64,000 nucleotides of DNA from Eledone cirrhosa (lineage: Eukaryota), in the NCBI GenBank assembly GCA_964016885.1, contig OZ024758.1, forward strand, positions 25,048,001 through 25,112,000. The letters are read 5' to 3'. The translations under genes were made by a program, and so were the position numbers. Numbering within the stretch: the first letter of the stretch is position 1; each line of letters begins with the position of its first letter. Shown here one piece after another: positions 1 to 10,913 of this stretch. The notes beneath the pieces are model-generated. The model had not been told where the DNA came from. It ran no database searches and was given only the letters and a program-made list of their open reading frames with translations.

Positions 1-232
1 CTGGTGACACGATAAAAACCACCCAGTCCACACTATAAAGTGGTTATGCTGGTGAGACAACAAAAACCACCCAGTCCACACTATAAAGTGGTTATGCTGG
101 TGACACAACAAAAAACCACCCAGTCCACACTATAAAGTGGTCATGTTGGTGAGACAACAAAAACCACCCAGTCCACATGCTGGTGACACAATAAAAACCA
201 CCCAGTGCACACTATAAAGTGGTCATGTTGGT
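1..232 (+). repeat. ~48-bp tandem repeat (about 5 units, continues off the left edge) resembling the SINE middle segment
   Basis: CTGGTGACAC..AAAAACCACCCAGTCCACACTATAAAGTGGTTATG recurs at 1, 49, ~97, ~147, ~180; resembles GGTGCCACGGCAAAAAAGCACCCAGCACTCACTGTAAATGAGGTTGGT in the SINE copies. Confidence 0.85.
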
Positions 233-376
233 GTAGATTCATTTATGAAAGATATCAACTTCTCCAAACAGAGACCTAACACCACAAGTCAGTAAACTCT
301 ACTGAAACATTAAAATATTCTTAGTCAAAATTAGATTTCAATGTTAAATATTTTGGAAATAAAGTTGTTTGCTTAC

Positions 377-519
377 CAAGTTCTTTTAGTATCAAAGAAC
401 AACACTAAGTAAACTGGTTCATCGTATTTCTTTTGTAAAGCCAAAACTTCATCTGGAGGTACTGGAATTGGAACTCCATTGTGAAAATAACCAGTCTTTG
501 GCATTTTGGGATTAATTAT
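377..519 (-). CDS. BRPF1: Peregrin/BRPF1-family exon, PWWP domain (second part); not in the ORF track
   Basis: Manual translation [47 protein letters not shown](W) matches the BRPF PWWP pattern [28 protein letters not shown]; acceptor ..CATGACAG (AG 521-520), donor GTAAGC (376); phase 0 in, phase 2 out. Confidence 0.95.
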
Positions 520-641
520 CTGTCATGAAACAAGCAGAATATTATTATGAAAGCATTAGGGTGATAGAGGCAACTGGAAATTGGTTTTAATTACAAAATG
601 TTGAGAATGAAAAAGTTATAATGGGGGAATGTGAGGGGTCA

Positions 642-854
<213 letters not shown>

Positions 855-1049
855 TCACAAGCTTACATAAAGAATAACAACGTTTTATATATTCTAAAGA
901 AGAAAAACTAGCAGAAAGATTTCATTACAATAGACAATGAAGAAGGAGGAGGGAGGGAGGGAGGGGGGCGTAAGGTGAATATAATTTACTGTTTTATGTA
1001 TGAAATAAGATTATAACATTAGTTAAAAACCCTTTATGTAGCATAATAT

Positions 1050-1080
<31 letters not shown>

Positions 1081-1084
<4 letters not shown>

Positions 1085-1288
1085 AACCAATAAGACCCCG
1101 ACAGCTGAGCTCAAGCCGTTTCGACGGCTAATTCTGGACTAAATATTTAGTCCAGAATTAGCCGTCGAAACGGCTTGAGCTCAGCTGTCGGGGTCTTACT
1201 GGTTCCTATTACCCACTCTACTACCTCAAGTATTGAGTACTTTGGTGCGTTATGGTCCACCTGGTTCCTTACCACTTTTCCTTCGTTA
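1081..1288 (+). mobile_element. Penelope-like terminal fragment with near-perfect fold-back palindrome (1081-1208)
   Basis: ~64-bp arms centred on AAATATTT; right arm has CGAAA-CGGCTTGAGCTCAGCTG-TC (hammerhead 3' half); flanked by (TA)n; homologous reversed copy at 7277-7457. Confidence 0.6.
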
Positions 1289-1322
1289 TATATATATATA
1301 TATATATATCTACAGGTTTATA

Positions 1323-1366
<44 letters not shown>

Positions 1367-1377
1367 ACAGGTTTATA

Positions 1378-1415
<38 letters not shown>

Positions 1416-1599
1416 ACAGGTTTATATATATATTATATATATATAATCCTTATCAGATTCTAGTCTTTAAATTTATTATTACTATATATATATCATCATC
1501 ATCAACGTTTAACGTGGAAGATAGATGTTAAACGTTGATGATGATGATGATGTATATATATATATATATATATACATATATATACATATATATATATAT

Positions 1600-1767
1600 A
1601 AATAAATGTGAAGACTAAAATCCAAAGAGGGCTCGATAAGGATTATATATATAAACCCGTAGAGCAAATATTTATTATAAGAACAGATTAAAGTTTAAGC
1701 AAAGAATCGCTGCTTTAACCCGTTAAGGGTGAAAGCAGCAATTCTTTGCTTAAACTTTAATCTGTTC

Positions 1768-1775
<8 letters not shown>
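1600..1775 (-). mobile_element. Probable Penelope-like terminal fragment with palindrome 1673-1775
   Basis: ~45-bp arms around hairpin ACCC-GTTAA-GGGT followed by GAAA; its left part is the reverse complement of a related segment at ~1308-1480; (TA)n flanks. Confidence 0.45.
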
Positions 1776-1800
<25 letters not shown>

Positions 1801-2048
1801 CTATATATAAATAGATATCAAATAGGTTTAGTTAAGATGGGATTATTTCACCATAATTGCAATAAACAATTATGGGAACCAATTACAGCTTAACTACACT
1901 TATTTGATAAATTAATACTCCATCACTCCTAAATCACCGATTCTTACCTGGGACAAAATACTGGCGTGAAGTGCTTTTGAATCGCTCGGACCAGCTTATA
2001 TTCAAGAAGTTACAATGTAACAACTACGAATAAGCAACCTATCTTCTG

Positions 2049-2080
<32 letters not shown>

Positions 2081-2081
2081 C

Positions 2082-2527
2082 TCCAAGACAATGTCACTGG
2101 ACCGAGACCTTTGGCGGTACTCAGTAACAGAGAAGACCCGCCTTACCTAAATATATAGTAAAACCTACTCCAGCCAGTAGGCATCTCTAACAAAATACAC
2201 CCCGTCCCACCACCACCACCCCCACCCCATCCACACCACCCCGTTCTATGTAAAGTTATGTTGGTGCCGCGCCATCGAGGCCGAAACAAATGAGATCGTG
2301 TAGGTGTCACGACAAAAAAACACACAGTCCACGCTGTAATGTGGCCGTGTAGGCAACACGGTAAAAACCTCCCAGACCCACACTGTAAATGTGGTTGGTG
2401 TTAGGAAGGGCATCCAACTGTAGAAAACCTGCCAGACAGTCCTATGCGAGCAAGACAATCACTCTTGCCTCAAGTGGGACTACCCCCGTCCAAACCCATG
2501 CAAGCGTGGAACACGGACGTTAAACGT

Positions 2528-2558
<31 letters not shown>
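2082..2558 (+). mobile_element. Composite non-autonomous RTE-related element (RTE ORF end + SINE-like segment + RTE tail)
   Basis: Highly similar to 19875-20325; ends CCCGTCCAAACCCATGCAAGCGTGGAACACGGACGTTAAACG(TGA)n. Confidence 0.8.
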
Positions 2559-2563
2559 ATATA

Positions 2564-3123
2564 TACTTGGTGTGGCAATAAAGTCTTTAGAATAGTAAGC
2601 TGTGTGCTGCATATAGCAGTAAATGTAGTTAATATTAGTTGGAATTTGAACTTTGTTGTACACGTGTGATATTCTGTATGAATGCTGTATTTTGTCACAG
2701 ACCTATGCTTAATTATTTTGCTGTCATTCTTGTGAGTTTATAATACACGCATCAAGCTGCTCAATCCAGAAAAGATTTTTTCCAGAGGAGAAGAGCGGCA
2801 TTGATCAAACAATCACCCTATAGTCCCGACTTAAATTTGTGCGATCGTTGGGTGTTCAAGTTATTGTTCAAGTTATTAAAGCAACATCTTTGAAAATTTG
2901 TTTTTCGCTTCATTAGAAGAGGTGGTAGATGAAGTTTGCAATGGTTTCAACAATTGTTGAAGGAACGGTTCCAGAAAGAGTTAAATGCTTTGCATAAGGA
3001 CTGTAAAGATGTTATTGCATTCAATGGAGATTATGTTTTCCAGAATAAACAAATTTTAATTTCAATATGTTATGCATTTTCATTTAAAGAATTATTCTAA
3101 AGACTTTATTGCCACGCCAAGTA
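2564..3123 (+). mobile_element. Internally deleted mariner/Tc1 DNA transposon
   Basis: ~31-bp TIRs TACTTGGTGTGGCAATAAAGTCTTTAGAATA / TATTCTAAAGACTTTATTGCCACGCCAAGTA in TA context; transposase remnants SPYSPDLNLCD (~2813-2845) and CKDVIAFNGDYV (~3002-3037). Confidence 0.85.
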
Positions 3124-3255
3124 TATATATATATTGCAATGGCAATTATATATATATATATATATAAGTATCTCAAGCAGTAGGACTCATAAAACATCAA
3201 TATATAAGTCACATTAAAGGAGTATAGTTGAGAAAATGTATGAAAAGGAAATAAC

Positions 3256-3329
3256 AGGCTCCAAAGGGATTTGAACCCTTGACCTCCAGTTTACAAAACT
3301 GGCGCTCTAACCAACTGAGCTATGAAGCC
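3256..3329 (-). tRNA. trnT-UGU: tRNA-Thr(UGU), intact cloverleaf
   Basis: GGCTTCATAGCTCAGTTGGTTAGAGCGCCAGTTTTGTAAACTGGAGGTCAAGGGTTCAAATCCCTTTGGAGCCT: acceptor GGCTTCA/TGGAGCC, D-stem GCTC/GAGC, anticodon stem CCAGT/ACTGG with loop TT-TGT-AA, T-stem AAGGG/CCCTT; TTTT about 10 nt downstream. Confidence 0.92.
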
Positions 3330-3574
3330 ATGTGAGAAAGTTTTACAACCCAAAATTCCTCTTATAGTGATCTAGAAAGACCAACATACATATTTCTATG
3401 GTACCCTTTGCTTTTTTTTTTTTTTATTTGTTTTTCATTTCATTTCATAACATTAGATTAGTTTATGTTAAAATGGGTTGAATGTCTCAGTACATTTGGA
3501 TTATTGGACGGGTTGCTTTACAACCAGACACTCATTATAATGCCAAATATTCAACTGAGAATTAAGAGTTGTAC

Positions 3575-4302
3575 ATATATAAAACTTTAACTCTTGATGA
3601 TAACTATTTACACACAATGTATATGTCTATATGATATATATAAAATCTTAATCATAGCTATTTACACACAATGTGTATGTCTATATGATTTCATCATCAT
3701 CATTTCATTTTACGTCCGCTTTTCCCTGCTTGCAAGGGTGGGACGGGAACTGATTCTGGCTTGATTTCTACAGCTGGATGCCCTTCCTAACACCAACCTC
3801 ATTTACAGTGAGTGCTGGGTGCTTTTTTGCCGTGGCACCTCCACGACCACTTTGCAGTGGAATGATAGGGACCCCAGTCCCTATCATCTCATTTCTACAG
3901 CTGAGTAAACTGGAGCAATGTGAAATAAAGTGTCTTGCTCAAGGAAACAACACATCACCCGGTCTGAGAATTGAACTCACAACCTTTCGATTGCAAGGCC
4001 AATGCTCTAACCACTAAGCCATGTGCCTCCATGATATATATAAAATCTGATATATATAAAATCTTAACTCTTGATCATAGCTATTTACACACAATATATA
4101 TGTCTATATGATATATATAAAACCTTAACTCTTGATCATAGTTATTTACACACAATATATATGTCTATATGATATATATAAAATCTTAACTCTTGATCAT
4201 AGCTATTTACACACAATATATATGTCTATATGATATATATAAAACCTTAACTCTTGATCATAGTTATTTACATAAAATATATGTCTATATGATATATATA
4301 AA
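3575..4302 (+). repeat. ~61-bp AT-rich tandem repeat interrupted by a SINE
   Basis: Unit ATGATATATATAAAATCTTAACTCTTGATCATAGCTATTTACACACAATATATATGTCTAT, about 2 copies left and 4 right of the SINE. Confidence 0.85.
3690..4030 (-). mobile_element. tRNA-derived SINE (family A), full length, RTE-type tail
   Basis: Head GGAGGCACATGGCTTAGTGG (A box) and GAGTTCAATTC (B box); CORE-like TCCTTGAGCAAGACACTT; tail identical to the LINE 3' end; possible ATGAT target duplication. Confidence 0.92.
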
Positions 4303-4494
4303 GAACAGTCTTGGGAGGTTATTTTCCCCCAAACACTGAATTGAAATCTCTAAACTGAAATTTTATTTTATTTTATCTTATATCCTCCTGATTATAAGCT
4401 TCTTGTAAATGTCAGTGGGTTTCCAGTGAAATTGATGATAAAAGAGGCAGTATCTACTACTACTGAGAACTCAGCAGAGTTCAGCTTAATGAGT

Positions 4495-4702
4495 TTAACT
4501 TTTTAGCATTTAAACCAGGCCATATCCAACCATAATTCTCTCACCTCTTTCTGTTCAAATCGGCCGTACTGACATTAAGGTATCAGGTTCTCAAAATAAA
4601 TAATATCAAAATCTTGTAGATTTGATATTATGTGAGATATTTATGCCTTTACTGTGAAAACACAATAATAAATATAAGGTAATGTTAATGCTAAAGGGTT
4701 AA
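4495..4702 (+). mobile_element. piggyBac-type MITE
   Basis: TTAA-C(C/T)TTTAGCATT...AATGCTAAAGGG-TTAA termini; multiple copies in the window. Confidence 0.8.
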
Positions 4703-4712
4703 ATATAACACA

Positions 4713-4915
4713 AATTGTCATAGAAGTGTCATATGGGACAATGACCAAGTAGATTTTAAAAATTTGAAATAGTGTATGAAATATGGGTCCTTGAACTCAA
4801 TCTGAGATCTAAATTGCCATAGAAGTGCCATATGGGACCATGACCAAATAGATTTTAAAATTTCAAACATTAACATTGAATGAAATATGGGTCCCTGAAC
4901 TCAATCAGAGATCTG
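4713..4915 (+). repeat. Two-copy ~100-bp tandem duplication
   Basis: AAATTG(T/C)CATAGAAGTG(T/C)CATATGGGAC...TGAACTCAATC.GAGATCT at ~4713 and 4811. Confidence 0.8.
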
Positions 4916-5014
4916 AGCCCATGTACATGAATATGTAGACACAAAAACACACATGCATATATAAAATCACACATCTATTAAAGTTGCAGTTAATATTATA
5001 AGCATAAGATTACT

Positions 5015-5230
5015 TTAACCCTTTAGCATTTACATTAATTTATATTTACTATTGTATTTTCACAAAAAAGGCTTTATCTCACATAATATCAAATCTACGA
5101 GATTTTGATATTATTTAATTTGAGAACAATACCTTAACATCAATACAAGTAACTAGTTACAGCCGGTTTCAACAGAAAAAGGTAAGATAATTCTGGCTGG
5201 ATATGGCCAGTTTAAATGCTAAAGGGTTAA
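5015..5230 (-). mobile_element. piggyBac-type MITE (inverted relative to 4495-4702)
   Basis: TTAACCCTTTAGCATTTA...TAAATGCTAAAGGGTTAA; interior is the reverse complement of the other copies. Confidence 0.85.
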
Positions 5231-5668
5231 TGTTCATAGGGATAGTTCTGAAGGGTTAAAATTGTCAATATATAGTTTTGAAAAGTTAAGAGTATCAACC
5301 AACCAGCCAGTGTTAAGCAGATAAGATAATTGCTAATTTAGTCTGTCTAAGTGTAACTAGGGAACATATGGAAATACAGTTTACTGCTTCAAGTAATAGG
5401 AGCATCATGTTACTGACAAACATTTCATTAGCATTAGCTCTTGCAGAAGAAAACTCATCAGTGCAGACTTCTAAAGACAATTCTGTTTCATCTGAACAAT
5501 TGCCAAACAAAATGGTTCATGTCTTAACAGACTATACAGTATACCAGTTGTATCTATTGTAGACATAAGAAATTTAATATTTTATGATTTAAATGATGTT
5601 GAAAAAGAGGGAGAAACATTTAAGATGTAAGAGAATAAATAATACAATTTAAGCATCATTTTGATTTC

Positions 5669-5725
<57 letters not shown>

Positions 5726-5755
5726 CAAATATATACATACATTCACTTATATATA

Positions 5756-5830
5756 CAGGGTGTCCCCAAAATTGTATACACATCTAATAAATATGTATAT
5801 ACATTTGGGGGGGGGGGGGGGGACACCCTG
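5756..5830. mobile_element. Very short Tc1/mariner-type MITE
   Basis: TA-CAGGGTGTCCCC...GGGGACACCCTG inverted termini. Confidence 0.65.
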
Positions 5831-5850
5831 CATATATATATACACACACA

Positions 5851-6124
5851 CATCATCATCATCATCATTTTACGTCCGCTTTTCCCTGCTTGCAAGGGTG
5901 GGACGGGAACTGATTCTGGCTTGATTTCTACAGCTGGATGCCCTTCCTGACACCAACCTCATTTACAGTGGAATGATATGGATCCCAGTCCCTATCATCT
6001 CATTTCTACAGCTGAGTAAACTGGAGCAATGTGAAATGAAGTGTCTTGCTCAAGGAAACAACACATCACCTGGTCTGAGAATTGATCTCACAACCTTTCG
6101 ATTGGAGGGCCAATGCTCTAACCA
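5851..6124 (-). mobile_element. SINE family A, head-truncated and internally deleted
   Basis: Same sequence as 3690-4030 but lacks the ~49-bp segment between two CAGTG motifs and the first ~16 nt. Confidence 0.9.
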
Positions 6125-6147
6125 TATATATATATATACATATATAT

Positions 6148-6487
6148 GGAGGCACATGGCTTAGTTTTTAGAGCATTGGCCTTGCAATTGAAAGGTTGTG
6201 AGTTCAATTCTCAGACCGGGTGATGTGTTGTTTCCTTGAGCAAGACACTTTATTTCACATTGCTCCAGTTTACTCAGCTGTAGAAATGAAATGATAGGGA
6301 CTGGGATCCCTATCATTCCACTGTAAAGTGGTCGTGGGGGTGCCACGGCAAAAAAGCACCCAGCACTCACTGTAAATGAGGTTGGTGTTAGGAAGGGCAT
6401 CCAGCTGTAGAAATCAAGCCAGAATCAGTTCCCGTCCCACCCTTGCAAGCAGGGAAAAGTGGACGTAAAATGAAATGAAATGAATGA
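6148..6487 (+). mobile_element. SINE family A, full length
   Basis: GGAGGCACATGGC head to GGACGTAAAATGAAATG tail. Confidence 0.92.
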
Positions 6488-6741
6488 ATATATAAACATA
6501 TTTGAAAATATGTTAGCTATAATGGGGATTACTACATGTAATAGTTGATAACTATAAATAATAGTTCAACAGATCAGGTAAAATACCTGTGGAGGCAGAG
6601 ACACCTCCTGCAAACATATCAAACATCACTTATCTCTGCACAGATTTTTCTAAAATTGACCATTACAAAAACAGTTGGATTATATGATCAACTAACTTTC
6701 ATTTATTGAATAATATCTGCCTATCTATATATAAATATATA

Positions 6742-6955
6742 CGAGATCGCGTAAGTGCCACAATAAAAAAAACACACAGACCACGCTGTAATGTGGCTGT
6801 GTAGGTAACATGGTAAAAAGCTCCCAGTCCACACTGTAAATGTGGTTAGTGTTAGGAAGGGCATCCAGCCGTAGAAAACCTGCCAGAAAGTCCTATACGA
6901 GCGAAGGACAATTCTTGTCCAATCCATGCTACATAGACGCTAAATGAGGATGATG
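6742..6955 (+). mobile_element. Diverged 3' part of the composite RTE-related element
   Basis: GAGATCG...AAAAAAACACACAG.CCACGCTGTAATGTGGC...GTTAGGAAGGGCATCCAGC similar to 2290-2557. Confidence 0.75.
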
Positions 6956-7276
6956 TGTCAGGGATTTGCCTGTTGTCTATGAAATGTTATTATATATGAA
7001 ATAAGCTTTCTTGTACTAGATCAAGCATTGTTTTCTTTGGCTCTTTCTCTACAGATATCCTGCATACACATATATACTGTATATGAAGGAGAGAGAGAGA
7101 GGCGCGGGGGGGGGGGGGGGGGGGCAGGAGTAGAGAAATATGAGAAAAGAGATATCTCCAAATGAGCTGAGAAAAATGAAAAAAATAGGAAGTATGTGGA
7201 ATCTTATGTTATTGTTAGCGAATGCATGCAATACAATAATTGAAATATACATATATGTATGTATATATATATATAT

Positions 7277-7457
7277 AACGAAGGATGTGTGGTATGGAAC
7301 CAGATCGACCATAACGCACCAGAGTACTCAATGCTTAGGGTAGTAGAGTGGGGAATAATAGGAAAATGTTTAACCCCGACAGCAGTGCTCAAGGCGTTTC
7401 GAGGGCTATTTCTGGACTCCAGAAATAGCCGTCGAAATGGCTCGAACATTTTCCTAT
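7277..7457 (-). mobile_element. Penelope-like terminal fragment, same family as 1081-1288
   Basis: Reverse complement aligns with 1120-1288; contains hairpin TTTCGAGGGCTATTTCTGGA-C-TCCAGAAATAGCCGTCGAAA; (TA)n flanks. Confidence 0.6.
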
Positions 7458-7474
7458 ATATATATATATATAAT

Positions 7475-7520
<46 letters not shown>

Positions 7521-7559
7521 ATATATATTATATATATTATATATATATATATATTATAT

Positions 7560-7591
<32 letters not shown>

Positions 7592-7735
7592 ATATATATA
7601 TAATATAATATATATATATTATATATATAATATATATATATATTATATAATATATATATATTATATATATAATATATATATATATAATATATATATATTA
7701 TATATATAATATATATATATATAATATATATATAT

Positions 7736-7766
<31 letters not shown>

Positions 7767-7791
7767 ATATATATATATATAATATATATAT

Positions 7792-7824
<33 letters not shown>

Positions 7825-7849
7825 ATATATATATAATATATATATATAT

Positions 7850-7882
<33 letters not shown>

Positions 7883-7922
7883 ATATATATATAATATATA
7901 TATATATAATATATATATATAT

Positions 7923-8016
<94 letters not shown>

Positions 8017-8047
8017 ATATAATATATATAATATATATATATATATA

Positions 8048-8079
<32 letters not shown>

Positions 8080-8093
8080 ATATAATATATATA

Positions 8094-8161
<68 letters not shown>

Positions 8162-8201
8162 ATATAATATATATATATATATAATATAATATATATATAT
8201 A
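7456..8201. repeat. Imperfect (TA)n microsatellite
   Basis: Pure A/T dinucleotide tract with AA/TT interruptions. Confidence 0.97.
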
Positions 8202-10913
8202 GATGAGAAAGACTGCTTTTATGAGCAACTTTTGCAAACAACCACAATGACAGAGGACGGAGACATCGTTATGCTAGCAGGAGACTTCAATGGTCATGTT
8301 GGACAGCTCCAGGATGGTTACACTGGGGTACATGGTGGGCACGGTTACGGTTCAAGAAATGAAGAAGGAGTGAGACTTCTTGAATTTTGTGATGCAAGTA
8401 CATTGACTATTTGCAACACAAACTTCCAGAAACCTGCCAATCACCTAATAACCTACAAATCTGGTGAGCACATAAGCCAGATTGACTTCCTGCTAGTTAG
8501 GCAGCGGGACAGGCAGATAGTGTCTAATACCAAGGCATACCCTGGGGAAGAATGTACCCCACAGCATAGGTTAGTTGTTAGTGATATCTCAGTAAGCAAG
8601 AGATGGAATGAGACATATAGGAAGGTGTGGAGAAGAAAGGTCTGGAAGCTAAAAGACCTTTCACTAAAATTCAAATTTAGGAAAGCCCTTCAAGATGTAT
8701 ATGACGAAAAAGAAGACGATTTAGAGACGTATGACATAGATAATAACTGGAAGTTCTTACGTGACAACTTGCTGAAGGCTACTGATGAAACCTGTGGCTG
8801 GAGCAGAGCTCCAACCAGACAAAGAGTGACCTGGTGGTGGAACAGCAGTGTAGATAAGGCTATTAGAGACAAAAGACTAGCATGGAAGGCTTGGAATAAG
8901 GGTGGGAGTAGGGAAGAATATACAGCCACTAAGAGAGAAGCTAGACGTCAGGTGTACTTAGCACGCAGGGAGGCAGAGAGTAGGAGGTTTGCCAATGTTC
9001 TGCGACGGGAAGATCAGAGGCGTGCGGTGTTCCACATTGCAAGGCAGTGTGTCAATGCAAATCAAGATGTTGTTGGTGATAAATGTGTCCGGGATGATGC
9101 CGGTGTACTTAGTGTCACGAATGACCAGAAAAAGGAGGCCTGGAAATGTCATTATGAGAGACTGATGAATGTGGAGAACGAATGGGAGAGAGAGAAATTA
9201 CCCTTGGTAGATCCGACAGAGGGACCAGCTATTGAGATTGACGAATATAGGGTCCAAGAGGCGATTAGGGAAATGAAAAATGGTAAAACGGCCGGACAAT
9301 CAGGAATAGTTGCTGAGATGCTGAAGGCATCAGGGGACGTAGGCACTAAACTGGTTGCACGCATAATCAATCAGGCTATATATGGTGGTGTCATACCCAA
9401 AGACTGGTGCAGCAGTATTCTCATAAATTGCTACAAAGGTAAAGGGGATGCTTTGGAGAGGAGCAATTATAGGGGTATAAAACTGATAGATCAGGTTATG
9501 AAAGTGGCAGAAAGGATTCTAGCACAACTAATTAGAGAAAGGGTCAAACTAGATGAGATGCAGTTTGGTTTTGTGCCTGGGAAGAGTACAACAGATGCCC
9601 TCTTCTTGGTGAGACAAATGCAAGAGAGGTTCTTAGAGAAGAATAAGCCACTATACTTAGCCTTTGTTGACCTAGAGAAGGCCTTTGATAGGGTACCCCG
9701 ATCTGTCATCTGGTGGTCCCTAAGGAAGCTGGGTGTTGAGGAATGGCTTGTAAGGACAGTGCAAACTTTGTACAGAGGTACTCTCAGTAAAGTCAGGGTA
9801 GGAATGGAGTTTAGTGAGGAATTCCAGATACAAGTAGGAGTACATCAGGGTTCGGTCCTCAGCCCGCTCTTGTTCATTATAGTCCTCCAAGCCATAACAG
9901 AGGAGTTTAAGACTGGCTGTCCATGGGAACTTCTCTATGCTGACGATCTGGCTCTTATGGCAGAATCAGTAGAGGAGCTAGAGAATAAATTCCGGCTATG
10001 GAAACAGCAGTTGGAAGCAAGAGGACTGAGAGTAAATCTAGCTAAGACAAAAGTGTTGATGAGTAGAAGAGAGGACAAAACCCTGATTCCGTCAGGGAAA
10101 TGGCCATGTTCGATATGCAGAAAAGGAACTGGCATAAATTCTATAAAATGCACACAATGTAGGTCCTGGGTACACAAGAGATGTAGCGGGATAGCAGGCA
10201 AACTAACAGGTAGGGAGAAATATGTATGCAGTAGATGTACAGGGAAATTAGACAGTAGAAGTCGCACTGATAGACACATTTTTCAAATGCGAGAGGGCGC
10301 TATAGAAGTGGTGGATAGCTTCCGGTACCTAGGAGATCAGATTAGCATGGGAGGAGGGTGTTCCGAGGCCATAGTATCTAGAATAAGGACGGGTTGGAAG
10401 AAGTTTAGGGAGCTGCTTCCTCTGTTGACGAAGAAGGGTTTCTCCCTGCGTACGAAAGGCCGGTTGTATGATGCCTGTGTGAGGAGCGCGATGCTGCATG
10501 GTAGTGAGACATGGGCAGCTACCGCAGAAGATATGCGACGGCTGGAGAGAAATGAGGCAAGCATGCTCCGTTGGATGTGCAGTGTAAATGTGCGTGAACG
10601 ACCCAGCATAAATGTGTTGAGAGAGAAACTGTGTCTGAGAGGGATAGAATGTAGTGTACGGGAGAGGAGACTGAGGTGGTATGGACATGTGATGCGCATG
10701 GAGGATGACCGATGGGTGAAGAAGTGCCAGGAAATGCCAGTTGAAGGAAGACGTGGTAGAGGTAGACCACGAAAAACATGGGCGGAGGTGGTGAGAACAG
10801 ACCTCAGATCATTGAAGCTCACGGTGGAGATGACGAGGGACCGTGACGAGTGGAGAGATGCTGTGCTGAATAAGACCCGTCCCACCCTTGCAAGCAGGGA
10901 AAAGCGGACGTAA
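8202..10913 (+). CDS. LINE ORF (partial): C-terminal APE endonuclease, reverse transcriptase, PHD-like finger
   Basis: Frame open from DEKDCFYEQLL; GDFNGHVG, SQIDFLLV, PQHRLV (APE); NYRGIKL, QFGF, FVDLEKAFDRV, GVHQGSVLSPLLF, LLYADDL, FRYLG (RT); RLRWYGHVMR and GRPRKTW (RTE C-terminus); no stops or frameshifts. Confidence 0.93.
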   Translation, partial: DEKDCFYEQLLQTTTMTEDGDIVMLAGDFNGHVGQLQDGYTGVHGGHGYGSRNEEGVRLLEFCDASTLTICNTNFQKPANHLITYKSGEHISQIDFLLVRQRDRQIVSNTKAYPGEECTPQHRLVVSDISVSKRWNETYRKVWRRKVWKLKDLSLKFKFRKALQDVYDEKEDDLETYDIDNNWKFLRDNLLKATDETCGWSRAPTRQRVTWWWNSSVDKAIRDKRLAWKAWNKGGSREEYTATKREARRQVYLARREAESRRFANVLRREDQRRAVFHIARQCVNANQDVVGDKCVRDDAGVLSVTNDQKKEAWKCHYERLMNVENEWEREKLPLVDPTEGPAIEIDEYRVQEAIREMKNGKTAGQSGIVAEMLKASGDVGTKLVARIINQAIYGGVIPKDWCSSILINCYKGKGDALERSNYRGIKLIDQVMKVAERILAQLIRERVKLDEMQFGFVPGKSTTDALFLVRQMQERFLEKNKPLYLAFVDLEKAFDRVPRSVIWWSLRKLGVEEWLVRTVQTLYRGTLSKVRVGMEFSEEFQIQVGVHQGSVLSPLLFIIVLQAITEEFKTGCPWELLYADDLALMAESVEELENKFRLWKQQLEARGLRVNLAKTKVLMSRREDKTLIPSGKWPCSICRKGTGINSIKCTQCRSWVHKRCSGIAGKLTGREKYVCSRCTGKLDSRSRTDRHIFQMREGAIEVVDSFRYLGDQISMGGGCSEAIVSRIRTGWKKFRELLPLLTKKGFSLRTKGRLYDACVRSAMLHGSETWAATAEDMRRLERNEASMLRWMCSVNVRERPSINVLREKLCLRGIECSVRERRLRWYGHVMRMEDDRWVKKCQEMPVEGRRGRGRPRKTWAEVVRTDLRSLKLTVEMTRDRDEWRDAVLNKTRPTLASREKRT

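Noticed and set aside
5400-5470. Minus-strand CTGATGA...GAAA as another hammerhead
   Set aside because: No helix II closing onto GAAA and no NUH followed by a pairing helix I.
5313-5562. Short ORFs on both strands as an extra BRPF1 exon
   Set aside because: No recognisable motif or convincing donor; the flanking exons already join in frame. RNA-seq would be needed to exclude it.
8453-10885. Minus-strand ORFs within the LINE
   Set aside because: Antisense shadows of the RT ORF, with no independent motifs.
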